DNA from: a virus | DNA: 5,768 nt | IMG/VR virus record: IMGVR_UViG_3300045988_016372 | Location: 1-5,768 of that record | Direction: 5' to 3' (one strand) | Notes under the pieces: generated by a model | What the model saw: the letters and a program-made list of their open reading frames with translations, nothing else | The model's database searches: none | What the model was told of the DNA's origin: nothing | Translations under genes and position numbers: made by a program | Part shown: positions 1 to 5,343 of the stretch, in pieces | Layout: each line of letters opens with the position of its first letter | How positions within the stretch are numbered: the stretch's first letter is position 1

Positions 1-1526
1 ATGAGGAAGGTAAAGCAGTAACAATAGAAGACAGTACACACCTTACATACAGCAGCAGTAGTATAGTAGCATATCTCGGAAAAAGAAGCGGGGCGGCAAT
101 ATATTCAGACAAAATAATAATAAATAATGCAGTACCATGGTTAGCATACTTGGATATATTTAAAAATTACTATGCAAACAAACAAGAAGACAACTACTAC
201 TGGATAGGCAAGTTCGAAAATGTATATAAAGTAGAAGATACCAACATAGTCTATGCGACTATAACAGGAGAACCATCAATAACATCAGGATATTTCCTAA
301 TAAAAAATGCAAATATAGACATAGTAGACTATACAACTGTAAAATACACAAGAAACGGTATCACAAAAGAATATGAACCAACATATTTAAAAGCACACTT
401 TACTATTAGTCAATCAGGTCCCGATCTAAAATACACAAGAAAAAATGACGGAAGTGTAATATATGGAAAACTAAGCGGATTCGCAATAGATAAAAGAAAA
501 AATTCAATAGACAATGCAAAATTAACGGAATTAGATACACTACGAGAAAAGATACTTGCGGCGGGCAAAACACAATTTGTTATTAACAAAACAACAAATA
601 AATACTTCGCAAACGTACTAGGACAAAACAACAACAAGTGGAATCTCAAAGAAGCAGGTTGCGGGTTAATCTTGAAAACATACCAAAGTGATATTTTTAA
701 CAACTGGGTTAAATCAGAATGGATAAGTGGAGAAAACGGAATCAGTGCAATAACGGCAATCAGCACAGCGGGGGATAAATTTACAATAGACCAGCTAAAC
801 CTGTCGAAAAAAGTGTACGACATGTTAAACAGAATTGCAGTAAGCGGAGGCACATATCAAGACTGGGTAGAAACAGTGTATACATCTGAATGGAACATGC
901 ACACGGAAACACCTATGTACGAGGGTGGACTATCAAGTGAAATTGAATTCCAAGAGGTAGTGAGTAACTCAGCAACAAACGATGAACCGCTAGGAACATT
1001 AGCAGGTAGAGGTATCAATACCATGAAAAAGGGCGGAAAGTTGCACATCAAGGTGACAGAACCTAGTTACATCATGGGAATAGTAAGTATAACACCTCGA
1101 GTAGATTATTGTCAAGGGAATGATTTCGACATTTACTTCACGACACTAAATGATCTGCACAAACCAGCACTAGATGGTATAGGTTATCAGGACTTATTAA
1201 CGTGTAAAGTAGCAGGGTGGACACCATATACAGCCGCATACGGGAAAACGGTGGCATGGATAGACTACATGACAAATTTTAATAAAACATACGGAACATT
1301 CGCAGAAAATGGAAATGAGGCATTCATGGTACTTAACAGAATCTTCGAGCCAAAAAATGGAGAATTCAAACAAAATGAAATAGATAACACAAGTTATATA
1401 GACCCAAGTAAATACAACTACATATTCGCAGAAACATCAGCAGAATCACAGAATTTTTGGGTACAAATAGGATTCGGAATCGAGGCTAGAAGAGTTATGT
1501 CGGCAAAACAAATACCAAATTTATAA
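1..1526 (+). CDS. VP1: Major capsid protein (Microviridae F/VP1 family), 3' portion. The 5' portion is at 5340-5768 and joins here across the circular junction.
   Basis: Frame 0 (first full codon at 3) is open from the window edge to the TAA at 1524-1526 and has no start of its own. The same frame is open from ATG 5340 to the window end, and 5692-5768 duplicates 1-77, so the two pieces are one 1878-nt gene (625 aa). The N-terminal piece carries the capsid signatures LPGDTF and IDIFTAPFRLYN (compare phiX174 F ...VDIFTFYVPHRH...). The ORF track entry 150..1526 only reflects an internal TTG. Confidence 0.92.
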   Translation, partial: EEGKAVTIEDSTHLTYSSSSIVAYLGKRSGAAIYSDKIIINNAVPWLAYLDIFKNYYANKQEDNYYWIGKFENVYKVEDTNIVYATITGEPSITSGYFLIKNANIDIVDYTTVKYTRNGITKEYEPTYLKAHFTISQSGPDLKYTRKNDGSVIYGKLSGFAIDKRKNSIDNAKLTELDTLREKILAAGKTQFVINKTTNKYFANVLGQNNNKWNLKEAGCGLILKTYQSDIFNNWVKSEWISGENGISAITAISTAGDKFTIDQLNLSKKVYDMLNRIAVSGGTYQDWVETVYTSEWNMHTETPMYEGGLSSEIEFQEVVSNSATNDEPLGTLAGRGINTMKKGGKLHIKVTEPSYIMGIVSITPRVDYCQGNDFDIYFTTLNDLHKPALDGIGYQDLLTCKVAGWTPYTAAYGKTVAWIDYMTNFNKTYGTFAENGNEAFMVLNRIFEPKNGEFKQNEIDNTSYIDPSKYNYIFAETSAESQNFWVQIGFGIEARRVMSAKQIPNL

Positions 1527-1536
1527 CCAATACGAT

Positions 1537-1893
1537 ATGAAAAGAAAAAAATATATACCAACATTCATGGGATCGGTAGAATCATTCGAGGGTGAAGCCA
1601 TCGAAAAAAAAGTATCGAGACTAATTGAAAATAATGAACCGATCACGGACGGAGCACCGATAATTTTTACAGAAAAAAAGGACGGAGTATTACCTCAATA
1701 CGACATCAGGACGGACAAATGGGATATAGCCCAATCGGCTATGGACTTAGCCAACGCAAGTAAAATAGCGAAGAGCAGAGGTTTGAAAAAACCTGAAGAA
1801 CCAAAACAGAGTACAGGACAACAGCAGAGTACAGGACAACAGCAGAGTACAGGACAACAGCAGAATACAGGACAACAGCAGAGTACAGAATAG
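1537..1893 (+). CDS. 118-aa protein with a basic N-terminus (MKRKKY) and a Q/S/T/G-rich repetitive C-terminal tail. Possible internal scaffolding (VP3-like) protein, function unconfirmed.
   Basis: ATG at 1537 lies 10 nt after the VP1 stop, on the same strand as all other genes, and the ORF ends with TAG at 1891-1893. The central segment PIIFTEKKDGVLPQYDIRTDKWDIAQSAMD resembles, from memory only, the conserved core of gokushovirus scaffold proteins. No search was run. Confidence 0.75.
   Translation: MKRKKYIPTFMGSVESFEGEAIEKKVSRLIENNEPITDGAPIIFTEKKDGVLPQYDIRTDKWDIAQSAMDLANASKIAKSRGLKKPEEPKQSTGQQQSTGQQQSTGQQQNTGQQQSTE
1807..1890 (+). repeat. In-frame 18-bp tandem repeat cagagtacaggacaacag x4.7, encoding (QSTGQQ)n at the C-terminus of the 118-aa protein.
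   Basis: Copies at 1807-1824, 1825-1842 and 1843-1860 are identical. The copy at 1861-1878 has one G>A change (S>N). A partial copy spans 1879-1890 before the stop. Confidence 0.97.
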
Positions 1894-1913
1894 CGGCAAA
1901 GCACGTATGAGTA

Positions 1914-1937
1914 TAAGGGACTTTTCGGAGTCCCTTA
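1914..1937 (+). promoter_or_regulatory. Perfect 9-bp stem-loop (taagggact / tttcgg / agtccctta), 20 nt downstream of the 118-aa gene stop. No U-tract follows.
   Basis: The inverted repeat was verified base by base. It is followed by cttctaacg rather than a T-run, so it is not a classic intrinsic terminator. Possible partial terminator, RNA-stability element or processing site setting the 118-aa/VP2 expression ratio. Confidence 0.45.
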
Positions 1938-1949
1938 CTTCTAACGAAT

Positions 1950-1965
1950 CACACGGGTACGTGTG
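1950..1965 (+). promoter_or_regulatory. Second short stem-loop (cacacg / ggta / cgtgtg) in the 118-aa-to-VP2 intergenic region.
   Basis: 6-bp perfect inverted repeat with a 4-nt loop, centred on a GTAC palindrome. It sits 50 nt upstream of the VP2 start in an A-rich leader. Confidence 0.35.
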
Positions 1966-2016
1966 TACTCTTATATATGAACTAAGTTATCAACGCTTTT
2001 AAAAAAAGCTACGAAA

Positions 2017-3063
2017 ATGGGAATCGGTAAAGAAATAGGAAGTGCAGCCCTAGGAGGGCTGACAGGTGGAGTTGGAGGTCTAGTATCAGGAGCAATCGGA
2101 GGGCTAGGATCACTAATGGGCATCGGCAGGCGAAAAGAGAAAAAAGCCCGAGAAGCCGAAGAAAGGGAGCATCAAAGACAGCTGGAATACATGGGGCTAC
2201 AAGCTCAGTATAACAAGGATCAAGCGAAATACTCCACAGAACTCAGCAAGGAAATGTGGGACTATACCAACTATGAAAATCAAAAAAAACATCTGGAAGC
2301 GGCAGGACTGAATCCAGCACTACTGTACGGTAGCGGTGGCGGTGGCGGTGGAAGTGCAGCAGGCGGCGGAAGTGCAGCAGGCGTAGGGCTGCCATCATCA
2401 ACAGGAGTAGGAATGGGCATCCAGTGGGAACAAATGGAAGCCCAAAAAGAGCTGGCTAAGGCAGAGGCAGCAAAGACTAACGCAGAGGCAGCGAAGCTGA
2501 TAACGACAGACACCGAGAACGTGAAGTCAGAAACAGAAAAAAACAAACAAGAAATCAAAGAATCCAAGAAGAGAATAGAACACCTAACCAGTCAGATTCA
2601 TAAGACTAATGAAGAAAGTAAGGGGCTGGAATTTAACAACTATCTGAACGACCTAAGAAAAGGCATCAAGCTGCATGGCGAGGTAAACGGAAAGACAGTA
2701 TGGACTAAGGGATTTGATGAAATTTTCAAGGAAAATGAGCTACAAAGAATGTTAGCAGATTACGGAATCTCACAAAAAGAATATCAAGAGGCAAAAAATG
2801 ACAAGGAGATAGCTATGAAGCTATCTGATGCTCTCGACGAGATTGCAAATGGAAAGATAGCAGTATTCGGCAAGATGGTAGAAGAAGCCAAACAGGCTAA
2901 GAACGAAACAGCCATTCAAAAATGGCAATTCGAACAGGACAAGGCACTCAGCGACCTGATCAATGAGCTAGGAGGTGAAGGAAAATACGGAAAATTACTA
3001 ACATCAATAATAAACGCAATATTCAACAAATGGAGCGGTTACGGAGGAAAGAAAGGAAAATAA
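2017..3063 (+). CDS. VP2: Minor capsid / DNA-pilot protein (Microviridae VP2 / H-like).
   Basis: 348-aa ORF with the A-rich leader aaaaaaagctacgaaaATG. The N-terminus is glycine-zipper-like and hydrophobic (GGLTGGVGGLVSGAIGGLGSLMG). The conserved VP2 block WDYTNYENQKKHLEAAGLNPALLYG is present, followed by a poly-Gly linker and a roughly 150-aa charged heptad-like (coiled-coil) region, consistent with a pilot protein forming a DNA-translocation tube. Confidence 0.85.
   Translation: MGIGKEIGSAALGGLTGGVGGLVSGAIGGLGSLMGIGRRKEKKAREAEEREHQRQLEYMGLQAQYNKDQAKYSTELSKEMWDYTNYENQKKHLEAAGLNPALLYGSGGGGGGSAAGGGSAAGVGLPSSTGVGMGIQWEQMEAQKELAKAEAAKTNAEAAKLITTDTENVKSETEKNKQEIKESKKRIEHLTSQIHKTNEESKGLEFNNYLNDLRKGIKLHGEVNGKTVWTKGFDEIFKENELQRMLADYGISQKEYQEAKNDKEIAMKLSDALDEIANGKIAVFGKMVEEAKQAKNETAIQKWQFEQDKALSDLINELGGEGKYGKLLTSIINAIFNKWSGYGGKKGK
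2335..2385 (+). repeat. Composite microsatellite inside VP2: (ggtggc)2-ggtgga followed by an imperfect 18-bp tandem duplication ggaagtgcagcaggcg(gc/ta), encoding GSGGGGGGSAAGGGSAAGVG.
   Basis: Direct inspection: copies at 2350-2367 and 2368-2385 are 16/18 identical. Hexamer repeats precede them at 2335-2352. Confidence 0.9.
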
Positions 3064-3065
3064 TT

Positions 3066-3998
3066 ATGTGTTTATACACCAAATACATTACAAACAAAAA
3101 GTACCAGCCAAACAAGAAAAACAACTTTAGAGCGCCTATCTGCAAAGATAGGCGTTTATTATTAGTACCAGCGAAATGCGGAAGATGTATCGAATGTAGA
3201 AAGGCGAGAAAAAGGGAATGGGTAATCAGACTGAACGAGGAGATTCGGAATAATCCTGAAAAGGCTACCTTCTGGACGCTGACAATAAGTAACGAAGACT
3301 ACGAAAAATTGAAGAATGACAGCAAAAAAAAAGACAGAGATAGCATATGTAAATTAGCAGTTAAGAGAATGCTCGAGCGAATACGAAAAAAAACAAAAAA
3401 GTCTGTCAGACACTGGTTTATCACAGAACTAGGAGAGAACACAGGAAGAATACACCTACATGGTATATGCTGGGGGGATCCTGATCTAATAAAGGAAAAC
3501 TGGAAATACGGATTTGTATTTCAAGGCAATATGTGCAATGAAAAGACAGTGAATTACGTAGTGAAATACATGCTCAAAGAGAATCCAATAGAGCGAAACT
3601 ATATAGGAATTGTACTATGCAGCGCAGGGATAGGCAAAGGATATGAGCAAAGCTACAACAGCAAAAGGAATGCATATAGGGAAAACAATACCAATGAATA
3701 TTACAAATTACCTAATGGAATGGAACTACCATTACCTGAATACTATCGGAAAAAAATATACAATGAAGAGGAACGGGAGAAACTATGGATTGAGAAGCAG
3801 GAGAGGGGCTACAGATACATATGTGGCGAAAAAGTATCAATAGATGATGAAGAAGAATACAACAGTATTCTTAATTACTACCGTGAAAGAGCCAAAGAAT
3901 TATATAACGAAAATTATGATAATTGGGAGAAAGAGCGGCACAAAAGGCAACTTCAGAAACTCAAAGAATATCAGCAAGAACACAAAAGAGGCGGTTAA
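3066..3998 (+). CDS. VP4: Rolling-circle replication initiation protein (Microviridae VP4 / gpA-like HUH endonuclease).
   Basis: ATG 3066 lies 2 nt after the VP2 stop and is preceded by the purine-rich ggaggaaagaaaggaaaataatt. An in-frame ATG at 3030 would overlap VP2 by 34 nt; this is the less likely start. The N-terminal Cys cluster is CKDRRLLLVPAKCGRCIEC...REW. RCR motif I is FWTLTI (about 3270), motif II is IHLHGICWG (HLH at 3454-3462) and motif III is NYVVKYMLK with a YxxxY catalytic tyrosine pair (3555-3578). TAA stop at 3996-3998. Confidence 0.92.
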   Translation: MCLYTKYITNKKYQPNKKNNFRAPICKDRRLLLVPAKCGRCIECRKARKREWVIRLNEEIRNNPEKATFWTLTISNEDYEKLKNDSKKKDRDSICKLAVKRMLERIRKKTKKSVRHWFITELGENTGRIHLHGICWGDPDLIKENWKYGFVFQGNMCNEKTVNYVVKYMLKENPIERNYIGIVLCSAGIGKGYEQSYNSKRNAYRENNTNEYYKLPNGMELPLPEYYRKKIYNEEEREKLWIEKQERGYRYICGEKVSIDDEEEYNSILNYYRERAKELYNENYDNWEKERHKRQLQKLKEYQQEHKRGG

Positions 3999-4012
3999 TA
4001 ACCGCTTTTTTT
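3991..4012 (+). terminator. Rho-independent terminator at the end of VP4: stem gcggtt/aaccgc (loop aat) followed by a T7 run.
   Basis: gcggttaataaccgc ttttttt. The VP4 stop codon (3996-3998) lies in the stem/loop. A GC stem plus 7 consecutive T is canonical. Confidence 0.7.
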
Positions 4013-4055
4013 GTGTTGATAAGTATACAAAATCGGTTAATAAACATGTTAATAA
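3994..4055 (+). repeat. Three copies of GTTAATAA(C) at 3994-4001 (in the terminator loop), 4036-4043 and 4048-4055.
   Basis: Exact octamer matches. Two copies are 12 bp apart, immediately downstream of the rep terminator. Confidence 0.8.
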
Positions 4056-4212
4056 CTTGTGAATAAAAAAATAAATTTTTAACACTTTATTAAGATTTGA
4101 TTTATATATAGAAAAAAGATTTATATTTCAAAATTTAATAATAGAAAGTTATAAAAAGTTATGAACAGAGTTATGAACAAGATAAATAGCTATGTTTCAG
4201 GCTATTAACATG
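4045..4212. repeat. 10-bp inverted repeat pair, catgttaata (4045-4054) and tattaacatg (4203-4212), bracketing a roughly 150-nt, roughly 19%-GC segment.
   Basis: Exact reverse complement, verified by hand. A chance 10-mer inverted repeat within 160 bp is improbable. It could form a large hairpin in the packaged single strand. Confidence 0.8.
4101..4115 (+). repeat. TTTATATATAGAAAA, copy 1 of an AT-rich direct repeat (copy 2 at 4258-4270).
   Basis: Compare ttgatttatatatagaaaaaag (4096-4117) with ctgtttatatagaaaatta (4255-4273). Confidence 0.75.
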
Positions 4213-4223
4213 GTTATGAACAG
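4146..4223 (+). repeat. Iteron-like direct repeats (A)GTTATGAACA(G/A): a partial copy aagttat at 4146-4152, a tandem pair at 4157-4168 and 4169-4180, and a third copy at 4213-4223.
   Basis: Exact 11-mer gttatgaacag at 4158-4168 and 4213-4223, and gttatgaacaa at 4170-4180. The tandem pair is phased at 12 bp. The third copy directly abuts the right arm of the 10-bp inverted repeat. Confidence 0.85.
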
Positions 4224-4257
4224 TTTCAACAGGATATTATTATCATATATATTTCTG

Positions 4258-4270
4258 TTTATATAGAAAA
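4258..4270 (+). repeat. TTTATATAGAAAA, copy 2 of the AT-rich direct repeat.
   Basis: See copy 1. It lies 11 nt upstream of a perfect TATAAT hexamer. Confidence 0.75.
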
Positions 4271-4280
4271 TTATAAATAT

Positions 4281-4286
4281 TATAAT
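4281..4286 (+). promoter_or_regulatory. Perfect TATAAT hexamer 5-10 nt upstream of the GC-rich island. Candidate -10 element if the host uses sigma70-type promoters.
   Basis: The tataat string is present. The best -35 at 17-bp spacing (tttata, 4258-4263) is weak (3/6). TATAAT arises by chance in AT-rich DNA, so this is low confidence. Confidence 0.25.
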
Positions 4287-4290
4287 AATG

Positions 4291-4560
4291 GCGTTACCCC
4301 TAAAGGGGTCGGGCTTTCCGCTGTGATCCCTAACGCAGCAGCGCAAAGGACAGTACGGTTTCCATGCAACATCCATGGATCAGGAAGTAAGAGCCAGATA
4401 ATAATTTTTACGCGGGCATGGTGTCAATATCACAGGGAAGCTCGCACTCTGTGCGCCGGGATCAGGCTACATGTCACACGGCAGCACTAAGTTATCTAAG
4501 GTGCTAACGCTATCGGGGCTACGCGCCCCTATACCCCTCGTACGCAACAAAGTTGCGATT
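4291..4560 (+). other. GC-rich (about 53% GC), hairpin-dense non-coding island. Candidate complementary-strand (ssDNA to dsDNA) origin / primosome-primase entry site, or a novel structured ncRNA.
   Basis: A sharp composition step from about 19% GC (4081-4290) to about 53% GC, by my own count. No ORF of 60 aa or more on either strand. Verified local stem-loops: 4296-4309 (acccc-taaa-ggggt), 4361-4379 (tccatg-7nt-catgga), 4443-4455 (cgcac-tct-gtgcg), 4483-4505 (agcac-13nt-gtgct), 4515-4529 (ggggc-tacgc-gcccc) and 4543-4557 (cgcaac-aaa-gttgcg). Internal repeated motifs: GGATCAGG x2 (4377-4384, 4459-4466) with its complement tgatcc at 4324-4329, and CTAACGC x2 (4330-4336, 4504-4510). Confidence 0.5.
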
Positions 4561-4564
4561 ATAT

Positions 4565-4882
4565 ATGCCTACGGCAGTTTTTTTAACAAAATATATTTGT
4601 TACTTTCAGAAAAAATACAGTAACTTTAGGGCAAACAAAATTCAAGATATAAAAAGAATATACGAATTCAGCTTTATTCCAAAAGGTCTAGCTTACATGT
4701 TAAAAGACAATACAGAACGATATTGGTATCTATACATACGAAATAATGAAGAAGGTATAGTTACAGAAACAAAAGAAGGATTCTACATATACGATTATAC
4801 AAAATTAAATAATATATATGCAGGAAATAATATGCTAACACTGGCGAAAAAAATAAGAGAATTATATAATTTATTCAAATAA
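4565..4882 (+). CDS. Hypothetical Tyr-rich small protein (105 aa from ATG 4565; alternatively 61 aa from ATG 4697).
   Basis: ORF on the coding strand with A-rich codon usage like the other genes and a TAA stop at 4880-4882. Its 5' 130 nt overlap a T7 run and a promoter-like motif, so the shorter form MLKDNTERYWYLYIRNNEEGIVTETKEGFYIYDYTKLNNIYAGNNMLTLAKKIRELYNLFK may be the real product. I recognise no homology. Confidence 0.4.
   Translation: MPTAVFLTKYICYFQKKYSNFRANKIQDIKRIYEFSFIPKGLAYMLKDNTERYWYLYIRNNEEGIVTETKEGFYIYDYTKLNNIYAGNNMLTLAKKIRELYNLFK
4566..4584 (+). terminator. Weak terminator-like element: 4-bp stem tgcc/ggca followed by a T7 run (4578-4584), just downstream of the GC island.
   Basis: tgcctacggcag ttttttt. 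The stem is short, so this is low confidence. It would delimit an island transcript of about 290 nt if TATAAT 4281-4286 is a promoter. Confidence 0.25.
4592..4599 (+). promoter_or_regulatory. TATATTTG. Matches the Bacteroidetes sigmaABfr -7 promoter consensus TAnnTTTG.
   Basis: Exact consensus match. No clean TTTG -33 element was found upstream (gttttttt). It lies inside the long version of ORF 4565-4882, which would push that gene's start to ATG 4697. Confidence 0.3.
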
Positions 4883-4915
4883 TGTTCCACGTGAAAAAAC
4901 CTATTAATTAATGAT

Positions 4916-5128
4916 ATGAAAATAGAAGAAAAGTATAAAAAATTAATTCGTGAAATCACAATTGCAGTATTGTCAGCCATCCTGACATGGTTGGGAGTAA
5001 GTTGTACCAACATGCTATCTATTCAGAGAAATGTGAAAGATAGCAGCATAAGTACAGAAAACAAGACAGAAGGAAAGGTAAGTGCAGATAGCACAAGTAT
5101 TAACTTATTTAACAAAGAAAAAAAATGA
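4916..5128 (+). CDS. 70-aa small protein with a signal-peptide / lipoprotein-like N-terminus (membrane-anchored or secreted). Candidate lysis or superinfection-exclusion factor.
   Basis: MKIEEKYKKLIRE, then the hydrophobic stretch ITIAVLSAILTWLGVS followed by Cys (a lipobox-like LGVSC), then a polar S/T/K-rich tail. Its TGA stop (5126-5128) overlaps the ATG of the next ORF (ATGA), which argues for real translation. Confidence 0.6.
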   Translation: MKIEEKYKKLIREITIAVLSAILTWLGVSCTNMLSIQRNVKDSSISTENKTEGKVSADSTSINLFNKEKK

Positions 5129-5343
5129 ATGTAGAAGAATTATTCAAGATCAGACCTACTAACGAAGAACAAAATGATTTCATAATCACCGTAGGACAAC
5201 ACTTAGCAACAGAACAACATTTCAATACTAGAGAAGAAGCAGAAAAATACACAAATACACCGCAATGGGACATGATTCTAGCTATGGTAGCTGAAATGTT
5301 CCAGATTCAAACAGAAGTTGAATACAAAAAAGATAAGGAATGA
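5125..5343 (+). CDS. 72-aa acidic (Glu-rich) small protein immediately upstream of VP1, translationally coupled to it.
   Basis: ATG 5125 overlaps the upstream stop, and its own TGA (5341-5343) overlaps the VP1 ATG 5340. The leader is A-rich (gaaaaaaaATG). It is not basic, so it is not phiX174 J-like. Function unknown. Confidence 0.6.
   Translation: MNVEELFKIRPTNEEQNDFIITVGQHLATEQHFNTREEAEKYTNTPQWDMILAMVAEMFQIQTEVEYKKDKE

Noticed and set aside
141-170. catACTTGgATATatttaaaaattac resembles the phiX174 (+) origin core CAACTTGATATTAATAAC
   Set aside because: Only about a 9/10 match with one indel, in an AT-rich genome where such near-matches are expected by chance. It lies inside the capsid gene, whereas the phiX-type origin sits in the rep gene. 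Not persuasive without conservation data.
3030-3065. Upstream in-frame ATG (3030) as the VP4 start
   Set aside because: It would overlap the last 34 nt of VP2 and has no purine-rich leader. ATG 3066 follows ggaggaaagaaaggaaaataatt and starts 2 nt after the VP2 stop, so 3066 is preferred. 3030 cannot be fully excluded.
3643-4062. + strand ORFs 3643-3843 and 3844-4062 in an alternative frame inside or overrunning VP4
   Set aside because: Overlapping genes do exist in microviruses (phiX174 B, K, E). But these have no ATGA-type coupling and no recognisable features. The second runs straight through the VP4 rho-independent terminator. They are most likely frame noise in A-rich sequence.
4291-4560. 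tRNA or CRISPR array as the explanation for the GC-rich island
   Set aside because: There is no GTTCRA T-loop, no D-loop GG with a cloverleaf arrangement, and no regularly spaced repeats of 20 nt or more separated by unique spacers. The internal repeats are 7-8 nt only.
4865-4870. Second TATAAT hexamer (4865-4870) about 45 nt upstream of the 70-aa ORF as a sigma70 promoter
   Set aside because: The -35 region (tggcga) is poor, and TATAAT is expected by chance in this AT-rich DNA. Noted only as a possibility if the host is not a Bacteroidetes.
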